From: Verrucomicrobiales bacterium
Lineage (GTDB): Bacteria; Verrucomicrobiota; Verrucomicrobiia; Verrucomicrobiales; V1-33
NCBI GenBank assembly: GCA_018003315.1
Contig: JAGNEJ010000011.1
Coordinates: 4,807-68,806 of the forward strand
Length of the DNA: 64,000 nt
Reading direction: 5' to 3'
Shown: one piece after another, positions 1 to 9,659 of the stretch
How positions within the stretch are numbered: position 1 is the stretch's first letter
Layout: each line of letters begins with the position of its first letter
Made by a program: the position numbers and the translations under genes
Notes under the pieces: generated by a model
What the model was told of the DNA's origin: nothing
Database searches by the model: none
The model's input: only the letters and a program-made list of their open reading frames with translations

Positions 1-1
1 C

Positions 2-604
2 CTTGATCGAGGCGACGGCATTCTGGAGGAGACACTGCGCAGACAACCGGCGGATGTGGTGGTTCTGGACGTCATGCTGCCGGGTCGAAACGGATTTGTT
101 GCCTGCAAGGACTTGCGGGCAGCGGGCTTTCGCATGCCCATTCTCATGCTCACGGCCAAGGGCCAGGAACTCGACAAAGTGCTGGGACTGGATGCCGGAG
201 CCGATGACTATGTGACCAAGCCCTTCGGCATCCGGGAACTGGTGGCGCGCATCCATGCGCTGCTGCGCCGTGCGGAAAGTCATCTGCATACCACCCAGAC
301 TGAGCCGGTGTTTGAAATCGGAGGCTGCCGGGTGGATCCCAAAAATTATTCCCTGATCCGCAACGGCGAAACGGAAACGCTGACGCCGAAAGAAATGAGC
401 CTGCTGGTGTGCCTGCACCGGCACCGCGGCGAAGTGCTCAGCCGCGACCAACTCCTCAACGAAGTTTGGGGCGTGCATTACTTCGGCACCACCCGCACCC
501 TCGACCAAACCGTCGCCCAGCTCCGGAAAAAAATCGGCGATTCCGGCACCCATCCGAAACTGCTCGTCACCGTTCACGGTGTCGGCTATCGGCTGGTGGC
601 CTAG
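2..604 (+). CDS. OmpR/PhoB-family response regulator (N-terminus outside window)
   Basis: The frame is open from position 2. Receiver motifs are present (ADVVVLDVMLPG, LMLTAKG, DDYVTKPF), followed by a winged-helix output domain (LTPKEMSLLVCL, VHGVGYRLVA). Stop at 602-604. Confidence 0.85.
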   Translation, partial: LDRGDGILEETLRRQPADVVVLDVMLPGRNGFVACKDLRAAGFRMPILMLTAKGQELDKVLGLDAGADDYVTKPFGIRELVARIHALLRRAESHLHTTQTEPVFEIGGCRVDPKNYSLIRNGETETLTPKEMSLLVCLHRHRGEVLSRDQLLNEVWGVHYFGTTRTLDQTVAQLRKKIGDSGTHPKLLVTVHGVGYRLVA

Positions 605-665
605 CACCTACTGGCATCCGCCTCCGGCCAGTTCGAAGGCGCACCCTGACAAAGCCACGGGCTGC

Positions 666-1778
666 CTATTTTCGCGGAAGGAAAACCATGCAAACTGGCG
701 AGCGCAGCGGCAGCGGCTGGCCGTGTTGCGACAGTTTTCCGGTGGCGGAATCCACCTTGTAGGAAACCAGGGTTTCCGCATTCTGGTTTCCCGCCAGCAT
801 CCATTTGCCGTTCGGGTGGGTGGCAAAATGGCGGGGTGCCGGGCCGGTGGTGGAAGTCTCGTCCTGGTAGGTGAGTTTTCCCGTGTCCGGATCGACGGAA
901 AATCTGACGATGGTGTTGGCGCCGCGGTTCGAGCCGTAGAGCACCCGGGCGTTGCCGGGGTGCACCTCCACTTCCGCCGTGGAATTGCCGTCCACCGGCT
1001 CTTTCAGCGTGCTGACACTTTCGATTGCCTGCAGCACACCCTTTGCTTCATCCCACGAGAAGACCGTCACCGTGCAGTCCAGTTCGTTGATGACATACAA
1101 GCGTTTCCCATCCGTGCTGAATGCGGCATGGCGCGGACCAGCACCCGGTTTCAGGTCCCCGGCGGGTGGATCATTCGGTTCCAGCGATCCCCTGGCAGGA
1201 TCAAACCGGTAAACGTAAACCTTGTCCGTGCCCAGATCACACGCCAGGACGAACTTGCCTCCCGGGCTTTGGTAAATCCCGTGGGCATGCGGCTCCTTCT
1301 GGCGGTCCTTGTCCACGCTGTGCCCGGTGTGCTGCACAAAGGCGGAATGGGGTGCCAGCGAACCGTCCGCCCGGATGGGCAGGCAGGCTACGCTGCCGCT
1401 GCCATAGTTGGCCACCAGCAGGTTTTTCCCATCCCGGCAGACCGACACATGGCACGGGCCGTTGCCGCTGGTTTTTTCCGTATTGAGCAGGGTGAGCTTG
1501 CCGGTGGTCCGGTCGATTTTATAGGCCGCCACCGATCCCGGCTGGCGTTCATGAATGGCGTAGAGGTGCTCTCCTTTTGGATCCAGGGCAAGGAAGGTGG
1601 GATTGGGCGCCGCGGCGACAAAGCCAAGGTTTTCCAGGGTGCCGGTTTCGTCATCCATTTTCAACAGGGAGATCCCCTCCTCCGGGCCTTTGGTGTAGGA
1701 GCCAACGTAAACAAAACTGGAATTGGCGGCAGCGGTCATGGCGGAGGCGGTGAGCAGCGATAGAATCAGCGGGTTCAT
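666..1778 (-). CDS. secreted 7-bladed beta-propeller lactonase (6-phosphogluconolactonase-like family)
   Basis: 370-aa ORF with an ATG start and a signal-like N-terminus (MNPLILSLLTASAMTAAA). It has repeated propeller strands with GPRH-type motifs (GAGPRHAAFSTDGKRLYVINE, GPAPRHFATHPNGKWML), as in Pgl/YbhE-type lactonases. Confidence 0.7.
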   Translation of the reverse strand: MNPLILSLLTASAMTAAANSSFVYVGSYTKGPEEGISLLKMDDETGTLENLGFVAAAPNPTFLALDPKGEHLYAIHERQPGSVAAYKIDRTTGKLTLLNTEKTSGNGPCHVSVCRDGKNLLVANYGSGSVACLPIRADGSLAPHSAFVQHTGHSVDKDRQKEPHAHGIYQSPGGKFVLACDLGTDKVYVYRFDPARGSLEPNDPPAGDLKPGAGPRHAAFSTDGKRLYVINELDCTVTVFSWDEAKGVLQAIESVSTLKEPVDGNSTAEVEVHPGNARVLYGSNRGANTIVRFSVDPDTGKLTYQDETSTTGPAPRHFATHPNGKWMLAGNQNAETLVSYKVDSATGKLSQHGQPLPLRSPVCMVFLPRK

Positions 1779-1915
1779 GAGGAATGGTTCGCCTCATTTC
1801 TAGAAGCGTGTCGCCCCGCCGTCAACCTGCGCAACTTGCCGTCCTGAAATGGTTGACGGAAGCGGCATTTCCGCAGAAAACCGTCCGGCTTCCCCATTCA
1901 CAACGACACCCATTT

Positions 1916-2644
1916 ATGCGTCGCATCCACCTGGCCCTGATCGGACTTGTCTTCAACCTGGCCCTGCTGCTTCCAGGAATCCTGCTCCCAGTTATGACCG
2001 TCACCGGCCACCTGGAACCGGCAGGCATCGCCGCCATGGCACCTTCCCTGCTGGATGCAGGGATCTCGGACTCCGCCATCAAATCCTTCAAGCCCATGCT
2101 CAATCCGCTGGTGACTGGCATGCTTGGCAGTGACGCCAAATTGAAGGAGGAGCTGCTCAAGAAACTCACCCCGCAAATTGTCGAGAGCCTGACCGCGTCG
2201 GGCGATCGCATCGAGGTTTACTACCGCAGCCGCAGCATTCTGGGAACCGTGCAGTATCTCTACCAGGTGGACAGCCCGTTGGCGGCATCGCTGATTCTGA
2301 TTTTCAGCGTCGTGGTGCCCTTCGGCAAAGTGGTGCTGGTGTTGTGGACATATTTTCAAACCCGGATCGGACCGCGCAAACGCGGCGCACGCATTCTGGC
2401 GCTCATCAAGAAATGGTCGATGGCGGACGTCTTTGCCGTGGCGCTGTTCATCGCCTACCTCTCCGCCAAAGCCACCCAGGAACCGGCCGTGCCGGGAGGC
2501 GATCCCAACCTGGTCACCTTCAACGCTACTTTTGGCGCGGGGTTCTACTGGTTCCTAGCCTACTGCCTGGTCTCCATCGCCACGCACCACGTCACCGTGA
2601 AAGCCGCGGATCACGCCACCATGCAGACCAAGGATCCCGCCTGA
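1916..2644 (+). CDS. PqiA-like integral membrane protein
   Basis: An ATG at 1916, inside track ORF 1784..2644, precedes the helix IHLALIGLVFNLALLLPGILLPV. Later helices and the motif KKWSMADVFAVALFIAYL resemble the PqiA-family signature. The family call is from motif memory. Confidence 0.55.
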   Translation: MRRIHLALIGLVFNLALLLPGILLPVMTVTGHLEPAGIAAMAPSLLDAGISDSAIKSFKPMLNPLVTGMLGSDAKLKEELLKKLTPQIVESLTASGDRIEVYYRSRSILGTVQYLYQVDSPLAASLILIFSVVVPFGKVVLVLWTYFQTRIGPRKRGARILALIKKWSMADVFAVALFIAYLSAKATQEPAVPGGDPNLVTFNATFGAGFYWFLAYCLVSIATHHVTVKAADHATMQTKDPA

Positions 2645-2742
2645 CCCTTTGCGGCAGCAGGGCCGTTTCCGCGGAATGTCCAGCCGCTGCCGCCAAGCGC
2701 TTGCCGGGACTTGCTTCCCGGCCTAGTCTGTGCTACCGCTCA

Positions 2743-3516
2743 ATGAGTTCTGATGGCCAAGAAGAAATCCACAACCCCCGTGAAGCCGCTGCTCACTGCC
2801 AGACGGGTGGAGGTCATCTTATCAAAAAGGCGCTCCGTCACCTGCAGAGAGTTCTACCATCAGGTGGAGGAACATTTAGGTCACCCCCTCTCGCCCGCCA
2901 AAAAGCGTGTCTGCGTGAATGGGCAAATGGTCTGGGTTTGCTGCTAGAGCCCGCGAGTCTTTTTGAACGACTCCAGCGGGGCGGACAGGAGCACGACATC
3001 GCCCTCGATGGTGACCGGGTGCTGAAGGCAACCCGCAACGGGATTTTCGGTCTGACCCCGGGTCTGGAACTTTCGCTCATTTCCGGCATCGGGGACAACC
3101 GGCGCTTTCACCTTTGGGAAGCCACTCCCATGGAATATCTGGAACGCCTGTGGCTCCAAAACCGGCTGGTTCCAGGTCTGAACTCCCTCGAGGGCATCCT
3201 GGCCGAGGAAGAGCAGGACGGCGAAATTGCCATCGTGATCGCCCAGCCGCGGTTCGACTTCCATCCGGTGACGCAACCGGAGATCGACGCCTGGTTCGCC
3301 GACAAGGGCTTTCGCAAAATCACCGCCTCCGGTTACTACCGTGCCGGGGACAATCTCGGAGTCTTCGACGCCCATGACCGCAACGTGCTGCGCTTTGAAC
3401 GCGACCTGATTCCGTTTGATGTCATTCCCTGCCGTCCGGGGGGCGGATTTCTCCAGTTCATCGAAAACAGCCTGGCCGGCGGCCAGCCGGTGGTGGAACT
3501 GCGGCGACTTGGTTAG
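2743..3516 (+). CDS. atypical kinase-like domain protein; 5' end and frame unresolved (alternatives: 2753..2947 small ORF plus TTG 2938..3516, or one frameshifted gene)
   Basis: The C-terminal ~190 aa has a G-rich loop (RGGQEHDI), VLK, FDAHDRNV (D-x-H-x-x-N) and IPFDV, which is a protein-kinase/APH-like layout. Third-position GC favours the 2753 frame before ~2940 and this frame after it. Confidence 0.45.
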   Translation: MSSDGQEEIHNPREAAAHCQTGGGHLIKKALRHLQRVLPSGGGTFRSPPLARQKACLREWANGLGLLLEPASLFERLQRGGQEHDIALDGDRVLKATRNGIFGLTPGLELSLISGIGDNRRFHLWEATPMEYLERLWLQNRLVPGLNSLEGILAEEEQDGEIAIVIAQPRFDFHPVTQPEIDAWFADKGFRKITASGYYRAGDNLGVFDAHDRNVLRFERDLIPFDVIPCRPGGGFLQFIENSLAGGQPVVELRRLG

Positions 3517-3529
3517 TCCGCGGCATTTC

Positions 3530-4543
3530 CTATTTCAAGCTGGCGGGCTTGACGCCTTTTTTGAATCCGCCGAACCCGTACATCGTCGGCGAATAGTCAC
3601 CGCACGGAGTTGCGTTCGCCTTGGCCGGCACTTCCAGATTGAGCCCCCAGAAAACGCCGTTGACCACGAGGCGGCGCAACCCCTCGTTGGCCAGGTCCGT
3701 TGCGGAACCCATCGTCGTGCAGAGAATTTTGTTGGTGGTCCCGGCCTCGTTTTTGTATTCCCGGGTCCAGGCTACTGGCATCATCGGGTCGTTGATTCCG
3801 GTCTTCTGGCCTTTTGCCGTTTTTTTCTCCCGGGGTTCGGCGGGGGGATCGTCCGGCTTCATTCCCTTGAGCACCTGGCCGCGCACCAGAATCGTGGCAT
3901 CCGCCGGGGGCGCTGCTTCATACACATCCGTATCTCCAAAGATCGCATCCACTCCACGCAGCAGCGGACTGGCCTTGGAGCCAATTTCAATGATGCCCTT
4001 CGTCGCTTCGTTTTTGTGATTTCCCCAATGGCTGACCCAGGTTTCCCCCAGCACTCTGCGGCCAAAACCGCCCTCGGAATTGTTCCAGGTGTAGCGGTGC
4101 CACTTGGAGTCCTTTCCGAAATTGAAGGCATGGGTGCTGGTGCGCAGGGCAATGATCGGCTTGCCGGCGAGAAACGCCTTTTCGAACCGTTCCATGGCCT
4201 GGTCATCCCAATGGCGGAAGCGCAGCGCCATGACGATGGCGTCCGCGGACTCCAGGGCTTCACTGCCGCTCAGCGAGGCCCCGTTGTTCGGATCAATGCT
4301 GCCGTCCGCGCCGATGGAGAAGCACACCGTGGTTTTGAAGCCGTGCCGTTCCGCCAGCAACCGGCCCAGCATGGGCATGGATTCCTCGCTGCGGTATTCC
4401 TCATCCCCGCTGAGCAGCACCACATGCTTTCCCTTGCCGGGGCCGTTGCCCCCAGCGAAAACCAGAAACGATTCCTCAGCCCGAAGCCCGGCGGCGGCAA
4501 GAACGGCGAGGGATGCGGATGCTAGCAACGTGCGGCGTGTCAT
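3530..4543 (-). CDS. ThuA-like (trehalose-utilisation / class I glutamine-amidotransferase-like fold) secreted protein
   Basis: An ATG at 4543 gives MTRRTLLASASLAVLAAAG, a signal peptide. The body (HVVLLSGDEEYRSEE, ADAIVMALRFRHW, PIIALRTSTHAF) resembles the ThuA domain. Confidence 0.6.
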   Translation of the reverse strand: MTRRTLLASASLAVLAAAGLRAEESFLVFAGGNGPGKGKHVVLLSGDEEYRSEESMPMLGRLLAERHGFKTTVCFSIGADGSIDPNNGASLSGSEALESADAIVMALRFRHWDDQAMERFEKAFLAGKPIIALRTSTHAFNFGKDSKWHRYTWNNSEGGFGRRVLGETWVSHWGNHKNEATKGIIEIGSKASPLLRGVDAIFGDTDVYEAAPPADATILVRGQVLKGMKPDDPPAEPREKKTAKGQKTGINDPMMPVAWTREYKNEAGTTNKILCTTMGSATDLANEGLRRLVVNGVFWGLNLEVPAKANATPCGDYSPTMYGFGGFKKGVKPASLK

Positions 4544-4657
4544 GGTGTGTCGGATTTCCGGGTTACTGGCACAGGTCGCCAGCACGTTCAAACAAATCCC
4601 CCACGCCTTCACGGACACGTCCGCGCTGCGGCACCTGCCATTCCCGCAATGCCGGAA

Positions 4658-5647
4658 TCAATTCAGCGGAAACCGGCGGATGTTCGCCTTGGCCTCCATT
4701 CGCTCGATGACCGCTTTCCAGGCCTTCTGCTTTTCCGCGATGTTGACCAGCTTTTCCAAATCCGCATCAATCTGCTCCTTGGGCTTGGCCTTTCCAGGCT
4801 GCCGCGCCTCCACGTAGAGCAGATAAAAGTTGTCCTCGTCTTCGATGATTTCGCTCATGGTTTTGGCCTTGAGGGAAAATGCCACGTCGGCAATGCGTCC
4901 GGACATCGTCTTGTCATTGATCCATCCCCAGTCGCCTCCCGCTTCGGCATGACTGTCGGTGGAATGTTCCTTTGCCAGTGCTCCGAAATCGGCTCCCTTG
5001 GCGATGCGCTGCCGGATTTCCGCAATGAGCTTGCGCTGGTCTTGCGGAGTGCTCGTCACATTCTGTCCGATTTTCGGAATGGTGATGGAACGCAGCTTGA
5101 TGAAGTCCTTTTCCCGGAACATTTCGCCGTGTTCCTTGAGGAATTGCTGCTTCTTTTCCGGCGTGGCATAGCCGGTTTCCTTCACGAGGTGGCCGCGCAT
5201 CATCTGCTCCACCAACATCTTCTCACGCAGTTCCCGGAATTTTTTCAGCGTCATCCCGTAGGCTTTGAGTTCCTTGAGGAATTTTTCATTGTCCCCGTTG
5301 TAGGTCTCACGAACGAAGGTCTTGATGTCTTCGTCCACATACTGCTGTTTGATCGGCTGGCCCTGGCTGAGTTTTTGGTATTCGGCGAGAATCAATTCCC
5401 GTTCGATCAGCCGGTCCCGCGATTCGGTGCGCAGCTTGGACACAATCTCCGCACGCTTGTCAGGGTCGCTGATCTGCCGGGCCTGGAGCAGTTGGACTTT
5501 CACCATCTCGTCCACTTCCGAACGCAGAATCGGCCGGCCGTTCACCGTTGCCGCCAGACCATTTTCCCCGGCACGGCACGGAATGGCAAAAACGAGGCTG
5601 CCAACGGCGGCCACACCAAGGATCAGGGGAAGAAAGCGGGAAATCAT
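4658..5647 (-). CDS. SurA/PrsA-like peptidyl-prolyl cis-trans isomerase (parvulin domain)
   Basis: An ATG at 5647 gives the signal/anchor MISRFLPLILGVAAVGSLVFA. A SurA-like N-domain is followed by a PpiC-type segment (IAKGADFGALAKEHSTDSHAEAGGDWGWI...). Confidence 0.75.
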   Translation of the reverse strand: MISRFLPLILGVAAVGSLVFAIPCRAGENGLAATVNGRPILRSEVDEMVKVQLLQARQISDPDKRAEIVSKLRTESRDRLIERELILAEYQKLSQGQPIKQQYVDEDIKTFVRETYNGDNEKFLKELKAYGMTLKKFRELREKMLVEQMMRGHLVKETGYATPEKKQQFLKEHGEMFREKDFIKLRSITIPKIGQNVTSTPQDQRKLIAEIRQRIAKGADFGALAKEHSTDSHAEAGGDWGWINDKTMSGRIADVAFSLKAKTMSEIIEDEDNFYLLYVEARQPGKAKPKEQIDADLEKLVNIAEKQKAWKAVIERMEAKANIRRFPLN

Positions 5648-5907
5648 GGGACAAGTCAGCGTCGAACCGAAAGCTTTGGGGGGAAATCCGCTCCAGTCCA
5701 GCATGAAATTTCACGGTTCCGCCGCGCTTTGAGCCGCTGTTCATGGGCCAGCGGGCGGGGCTTTGCGTCCCAAACGACCGGCCCCAATAGCTGTGGATTC
5801 CTCCCCTGCGCGAAGATGCGCACCCGCACTTCTGCGCCACGCCCCTGGCCCCCGAACACGCCGCGGCGCGCTCCGTGCGTGGCTGAGCGAACACCACGGC
5901 GATCTCT

Positions 5908-5918
5908 CCCCCCCCCCC
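5908..5918. repeat. C11 homopolymer in an unassigned 470-bp gap
   Basis: Read directly, and the coordinates were cross-checked against the track ORF 5763..5948 translation (GDLSPPPDW). Confidence 0.9.
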
Positions 5919-6177
5919 GACTGGCCACCGCCCACTTTTGGGCAGTGAGGAAGTCAGCCTGCTCCACTGCACGACCAGTGGTGCCCCCCAGTGCTCCAAA
6001 AAACCGCAGGCCCGAGCCACCCCCTGGCACGCGCAGCCACAGGTCCATCGCCACGGCGGCCACGCTGGGCCGTCGGCCAATATCAATGGGATGCTCTGCG
6101 GCGACTGGGGAAATTCGGCGCAACGCTGGCGCATGATCAACCCGCGAGCATTCCGGGTGCCCTGGCTCGCCTGGTAA

Positions 6178-6549
6178 TCACAAACTGACGCCTGCCGAGC
6201 CGTCCTCTTTGACGGCTGCATCCGCGGCGGCTTTGGCGGCTCCTTCGGAGAGACCTTTGAGCACCGTTTCCGGGAGCACTTCCTTGGCCAGGGTGGCGGC
6301 AAACACCGCACCGTAGGAGGCGGCATAGCTTGCTCCGTAAGCCGCGCGTTCTGCGGTGGATTTCAATTTCGGCAGCATCGCCTCCGCGGCCTCCTTGGCG
6401 TCCGTCGCCGCTTTGCGGATGGCTGCTGCGATGCTTTCACCGGGACTGGAGGGTTGCGCTTCCGTCGCGGCGGGACTCGGAGCCGCTTCTACGGTAGGAG
6501 GAATCGTTTCGCCGGAAGCGGGCAGGATCGGGGGCGGGGTGTCGTTCAT
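6178..6549 (-). CDS. hypothetical Pro/Ala-rich protein
   Basis: An ATG at 6549 (MNDTPPPILPASGE...) is followed by an Ala-rich amphipathic C-terminal half. I recognise no family. The upstream part of track ORF 6178..6723 overlaps the neighbouring gene. Confidence 0.4.
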   Translation of the reverse strand: MNDTPPPILPASGETIPPTVEAAPSPAATEAQPSSPGESIAAAIRKAATDAKEAAEAMLPKLKSTAERAAYGASYAASYGAVFAATLAKEVLPETVLKGLSEGAAKAAADAAVKEDGSAGVSL

Positions 6550-6719
6550 GGTGTACTGGGGTTCGGGGGTTGTGTTTGCAACGGCGCACTGTATCCGCCC
6601 CACGAAGGCAATGGCAATTCCACGAACGGGCAATTTTTGGAACAAGCAGGGCGGCGGCAGCAGGCCTGACGGTATGCCGAGGCGGGTCTTGGCGCTGGCT
6701 TGCGAGGGCCCAGCGGCGC

Positions 6720-9659
6720 TCATTTCATGAGATAGGCCATGAGGTCGAGGAATTCCTGCTCGGGGAGCTGCTGGAACAAGCCTTCGGGCATCCAGGAAAC
6801 GGGCAGGCGTTCGATTTTACGGCAGGCGCTGCGTTCGAGCGTGCGGAGTTCGGTGAGGGTTTGCAGCGCGAGGGTGCGGTCATCCTCGCGAGGGACCGTT
6901 CCGGTGAGCACCTGGCCGTCCTGCAGGGTGACGACGGTCATTTGATAGTCACGGGGAACCACGGCATTGGGGTCGATGACGTTTAACAGCAGATAGTCTG
7001 CCTCCTTCCGTCCGGAGCCGGTGAGATCGGGACCGAGTTTTCCGCCTTCCCCGAAGAGTGTGTGGCAGGCGGCGCAGGTTTTGGCAAAAACGGCTTTGCC
7101 GCGGGTGGGATCGCCCGATTTTCCGGAGGTGAGCAGATTCCGGTAGCGTTCGATTTCAGATTTCCGATCGGAGCCGGATGATCCAATGCGTCCCCAGTGC
7201 TGTGCGAGCAACTGGTGGACAGCGGGATCCTGCAGCAGCGAGATCTGCCGCGCCTGTCCCTGCGAAATGTCCTGGCGGGCGACCTTTCCGGCTCCAAGTG
7301 CGTTCAGGAGTTCCGATGCCCAGGTCGGGCGTGATGCCAGGGTGTCGATGGCCGCGGATTTTTCCTGCGGCGTCAGGTCAGTCCAGGCGGCGAGAAATTT
7401 TTCGGGAAGCTGCGGATCTGAAAGAGCGGCAGCGGCCTGAATGGCGGCCAGCCGCACGGATTTGTCAGTGAAAGCGCCACCGACCAGGACATTCAAATCA
7501 GGGATGCTGACCCGGGCAAGTGACAGCAGCGCTTGCGAGCGCAGGTCCGCGGGCGTCGCGGCGTCGGTGGTGCGCTTTCGCAGCAGGTCGAGGGTGGAGG
7601 GGTCGCCAAAAGCAAGGCCAATCGCGGTCACCTCGGCAGTGAATTGGTCGAACCATGTTGCTGCGGCATTTTTCCAAGCATCTGGCGGGCGCAATCGACT
7701 CCGCCCGGCCAGTCCATCCCGCAACCCGGCAAGCACTGGGCCGGCAAGCGTGCTCCGCTCCGCGGCCAGCTCCAGCAGCCTTCCGGCGGCTTCCCGGTAG
7801 GCAGGGTCTTCGATTTCCGCCGCGCAGCGCCGTGCGAGGAACTGCTGGACCAGGGGCGATGCCGCGGCGGCGAAAGTGGCTGGAACATCCGCCAGGTGGT
7901 GCTTGATGAGCGGTTCCAGGGCATGCCAGGTCAGGAGCGCCAGCGTGTGGTCGCCGATGCTTTCCGGCCTTGTGGCCACGGTGGTGGCCAGGTGCCAGGC
8001 AGCGTCCGGCGGCATCCGATGGGAAACGCCTAGCAAATGGGCTAGCACCAGCGGCGAACGGTCCGCGGCGGCCTGGGCGGCGAGCAGCTTCTGAGCGTCG
8101 GTCTCACGAGCGAAGGCGTCTGCCATGCAGCGGACAGCCCAGCAGCGCACTGGGACCGCTGCATCCTGGAGCAGACGGCGGCAATCCGCCAGCGTGAGGG
8201 CGCCGGACCCGTGCAGCATCCAGAGGGCGCGGAGTTTCTGCGGGGTGGTGCCGGTCACGAATTGTTCGGCCGCCGGCAGCGGCGGACGGCGTTCCTGCAC
8301 GATGCGTCCGGCATGACGGCTGAACCACACGTTAGGATCGCGGATGGTGGCGGTCAGCTTTTCCAGCGGCCATTTTGCCAGATCGAAATTCGCCGGTGGT
8401 GGCTGCGGGGTGCCGTGGGTGATTTTGTAGATGCGTCCCGAGGTGCGGTGGACTCCGTCATCGTCGTGGCATTCGCCGGAGTCGCACCAGTCGCTGACAA
8501 AAACCCCTCCGTCCGGTCCGGAAACGAGGCTGACGCCGCGAAACCACGGCGTGTCCGCAGCGGCAATGTCGTCGATGTGCCGCGAGCGAAAACTGCAGCC
8601 TGCCGAAAAAACTTCTTCGCGGTTGATGCGTCGGCCATGGGTGTTGCACATGAAAAACTTCCCGCGGCAGTCTTCCGGCCAGTTTGCTCCCTGGTAGATG
8701 AGCAGGCCGCAGTGGCTGTGGCCGCCACCGAGATGGTTGGCGGCATCGCGTCCCTTCTCGGCGCGCAGCCAATCCTGTTTCCAGTCGCCGGAGGTTTGGT
8801 AGTGCGGGGCTTCGCCGATCATTTTCAGGCGTTCAAAATCATGGGGCACGCTGCCAGCTCCGAACATGCGTTCGAACAGGGCTCCGGGAATGACATGCCA
8901 GAGGTGGCCGTTGACGTTTCCTGACATGAACATCTCCCCGTTTTCATCCCAGTCGAATCCCCAGGGGTTGGTGGTGCCCCGCACCACGATCTGGAACTCC
9001 CGGGTGCGCGGATGCAGCCGCCAGATTCCCGGCTCCACAAAGGTGCGTTCCTTCTCCGCCGTGCCTGGCTTGCCGACGAGCGAGGGATGGGTGATGCCAT
9101 GGCGGCCGTAGAGCCATCCGTCCGGACCCCATTGCAGGCCGTTGACCACGTTGTGCTGGCCCTGGTCCGTCCAGCCGTCCAGAATGACCTGCGGCGCTCC
9201 ATCGGCCGCATCATCGCCGTTGGCATCGGGAAAAAACAGCAGGTTCGGCGTGTCCAGCACCCAGACGCCGCCAAACCCGATTTCCACGCTGCTCAGGTGG
9301 TTGAAGCCGTCGCGAAAAACCTTTCGGTGATCCGCGATGCCGTCGCCGTTGTCATCGGTGAGGATGATGATCCGGTCCCCGCCCTTTTTCTGCCACTGTT
9401 TGTAGGAATAGGCCTCGCACACCCAGATCCGGCCGCGGTCGTCGGTCTTCATGTCGATGGGCTGGCGCACATCCGGTTCTCCCGCAAAAAGGGTGACGTG
9501 GAAACCGGCGGGAACCTTCCAGCCGGACGCTGCTGCCTGCGGTGACGGTGGCTCCTGTCCGGCAGCCTGCGTGTTTTCGGGTTGATAGGAATCGGACGGT
9601 TCCAGCGCGGCGCAGGCGCAGGCTGGCGCAAAGAGAAGCGGAAGCAGCTTGGGAAACAT
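6720..9659 (-). CDS. PVC-type heme-binding protein: beta-propeller dehydrogenase-like domain + HEAT repeats + C-terminal cytochrome c (CxxCH)
   Basis: An ATG at 9659 gives the signal peptide MFPKLLPLLFAPACACAA. The N-terminal region is like glucose/sorbosone dehydrogenase, the middle is HEAT-like, and the C-terminus reads FAKTCAACHTLFGEGGKLGPDLTG...EQEFLDLMAYLMK. This architecture is typical of Planctomycetes and Verrucomicrobia. Confidence 0.75.
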   Translation of the reverse strand: MFPKLLPLLFAPACACAALEPSDSYQPENTQAAGQEPPSPQAAASGWKVPAGFHVTLFAGEPDVRQPIDMKTDDRGRIWVCEAYSYKQWQKKGGDRIIILTDDNGDGIADHRKVFRDGFNHLSSVEIGFGGVWVLDTPNLLFFPDANGDDAADGAPQVILDGWTDQGQHNVVNGLQWGPDGWLYGRHGITHPSLVGKPGTAEKERTFVEPGIWRLHPRTREFQIVVRGTTNPWGFDWDENGEMFMSGNVNGHLWHVIPGALFERMFGAGSVPHDFERLKMIGEAPHYQTSGDWKQDWLRAEKGRDAANHLGGGHSHCGLLIYQGANWPEDCRGKFFMCNTHGRRINREEVFSAGCSFRSRHIDDIAAADTPWFRGVSLVSGPDGGVFVSDWCDSGECHDDDGVHRTSGRIYKITHGTPQPPPANFDLAKWPLEKLTATIRDPNVWFSRHAGRIVQERRPPLPAAEQFVTGTTPQKLRALWMLHGSGALTLADCRRLLQDAAVPVRCWAVRCMADAFARETDAQKLLAAQAAADRSPLVLAHLLGVSHRMPPDAAWHLATTVATRPESIGDHTLALLTWHALEPLIKHHLADVPATFAAAASPLVQQFLARRCAAEIEDPAYREAAGRLLELAAERSTLAGPVLAGLRDGLAGRSRLRPPDAWKNAAATWFDQFTAEVTAIGLAFGDPSTLDLLRKRTTDAATPADLRSQALLSLARVSIPDLNVLVGGAFTDKSVRLAAIQAAAALSDPQLPEKFLAAWTDLTPQEKSAAIDTLASRPTWASELLNALGAGKVARQDISQGQARQISLLQDPAVHQLLAQHWGRIGSSGSDRKSEIERYRNLLTSGKSGDPTRGKAVFAKTCAACHTLFGEGGKLGPDLTGSGRKEADYLLLNVIDPNAVVPRDYQMTVVTLQDGQVLTGTVPREDDRTLALQTLTELRTLERSACRKIERLPVSWMPEGLFQQLPEQEFLDLMAYLMK

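Noticed and set aside
2925-2947. A possible programmed -1 ribosomal frameshift site joining the MAKKK ORF to the kinase-like frame.
   Set aside because: There is no X-XXY-YYZ slippery heptamer in the zero frame (codons TGG GTT TGC), and I identified no convincing downstream stimulatory structure. A simple frameshift or two coupled genes are more parsimonious.
5930-6010. The strings GAGGAAGUCAGCC and CACGACCAGUG are reminiscent of RNase P RNA conserved regions.
   Set aside because: The near-universal GAGGAAAGUCC box is not matched, the 3' ACAGAACCCGGCUUA-type element is absent, and the spacing does not fit a ~350-400-nt RNase P RNA.
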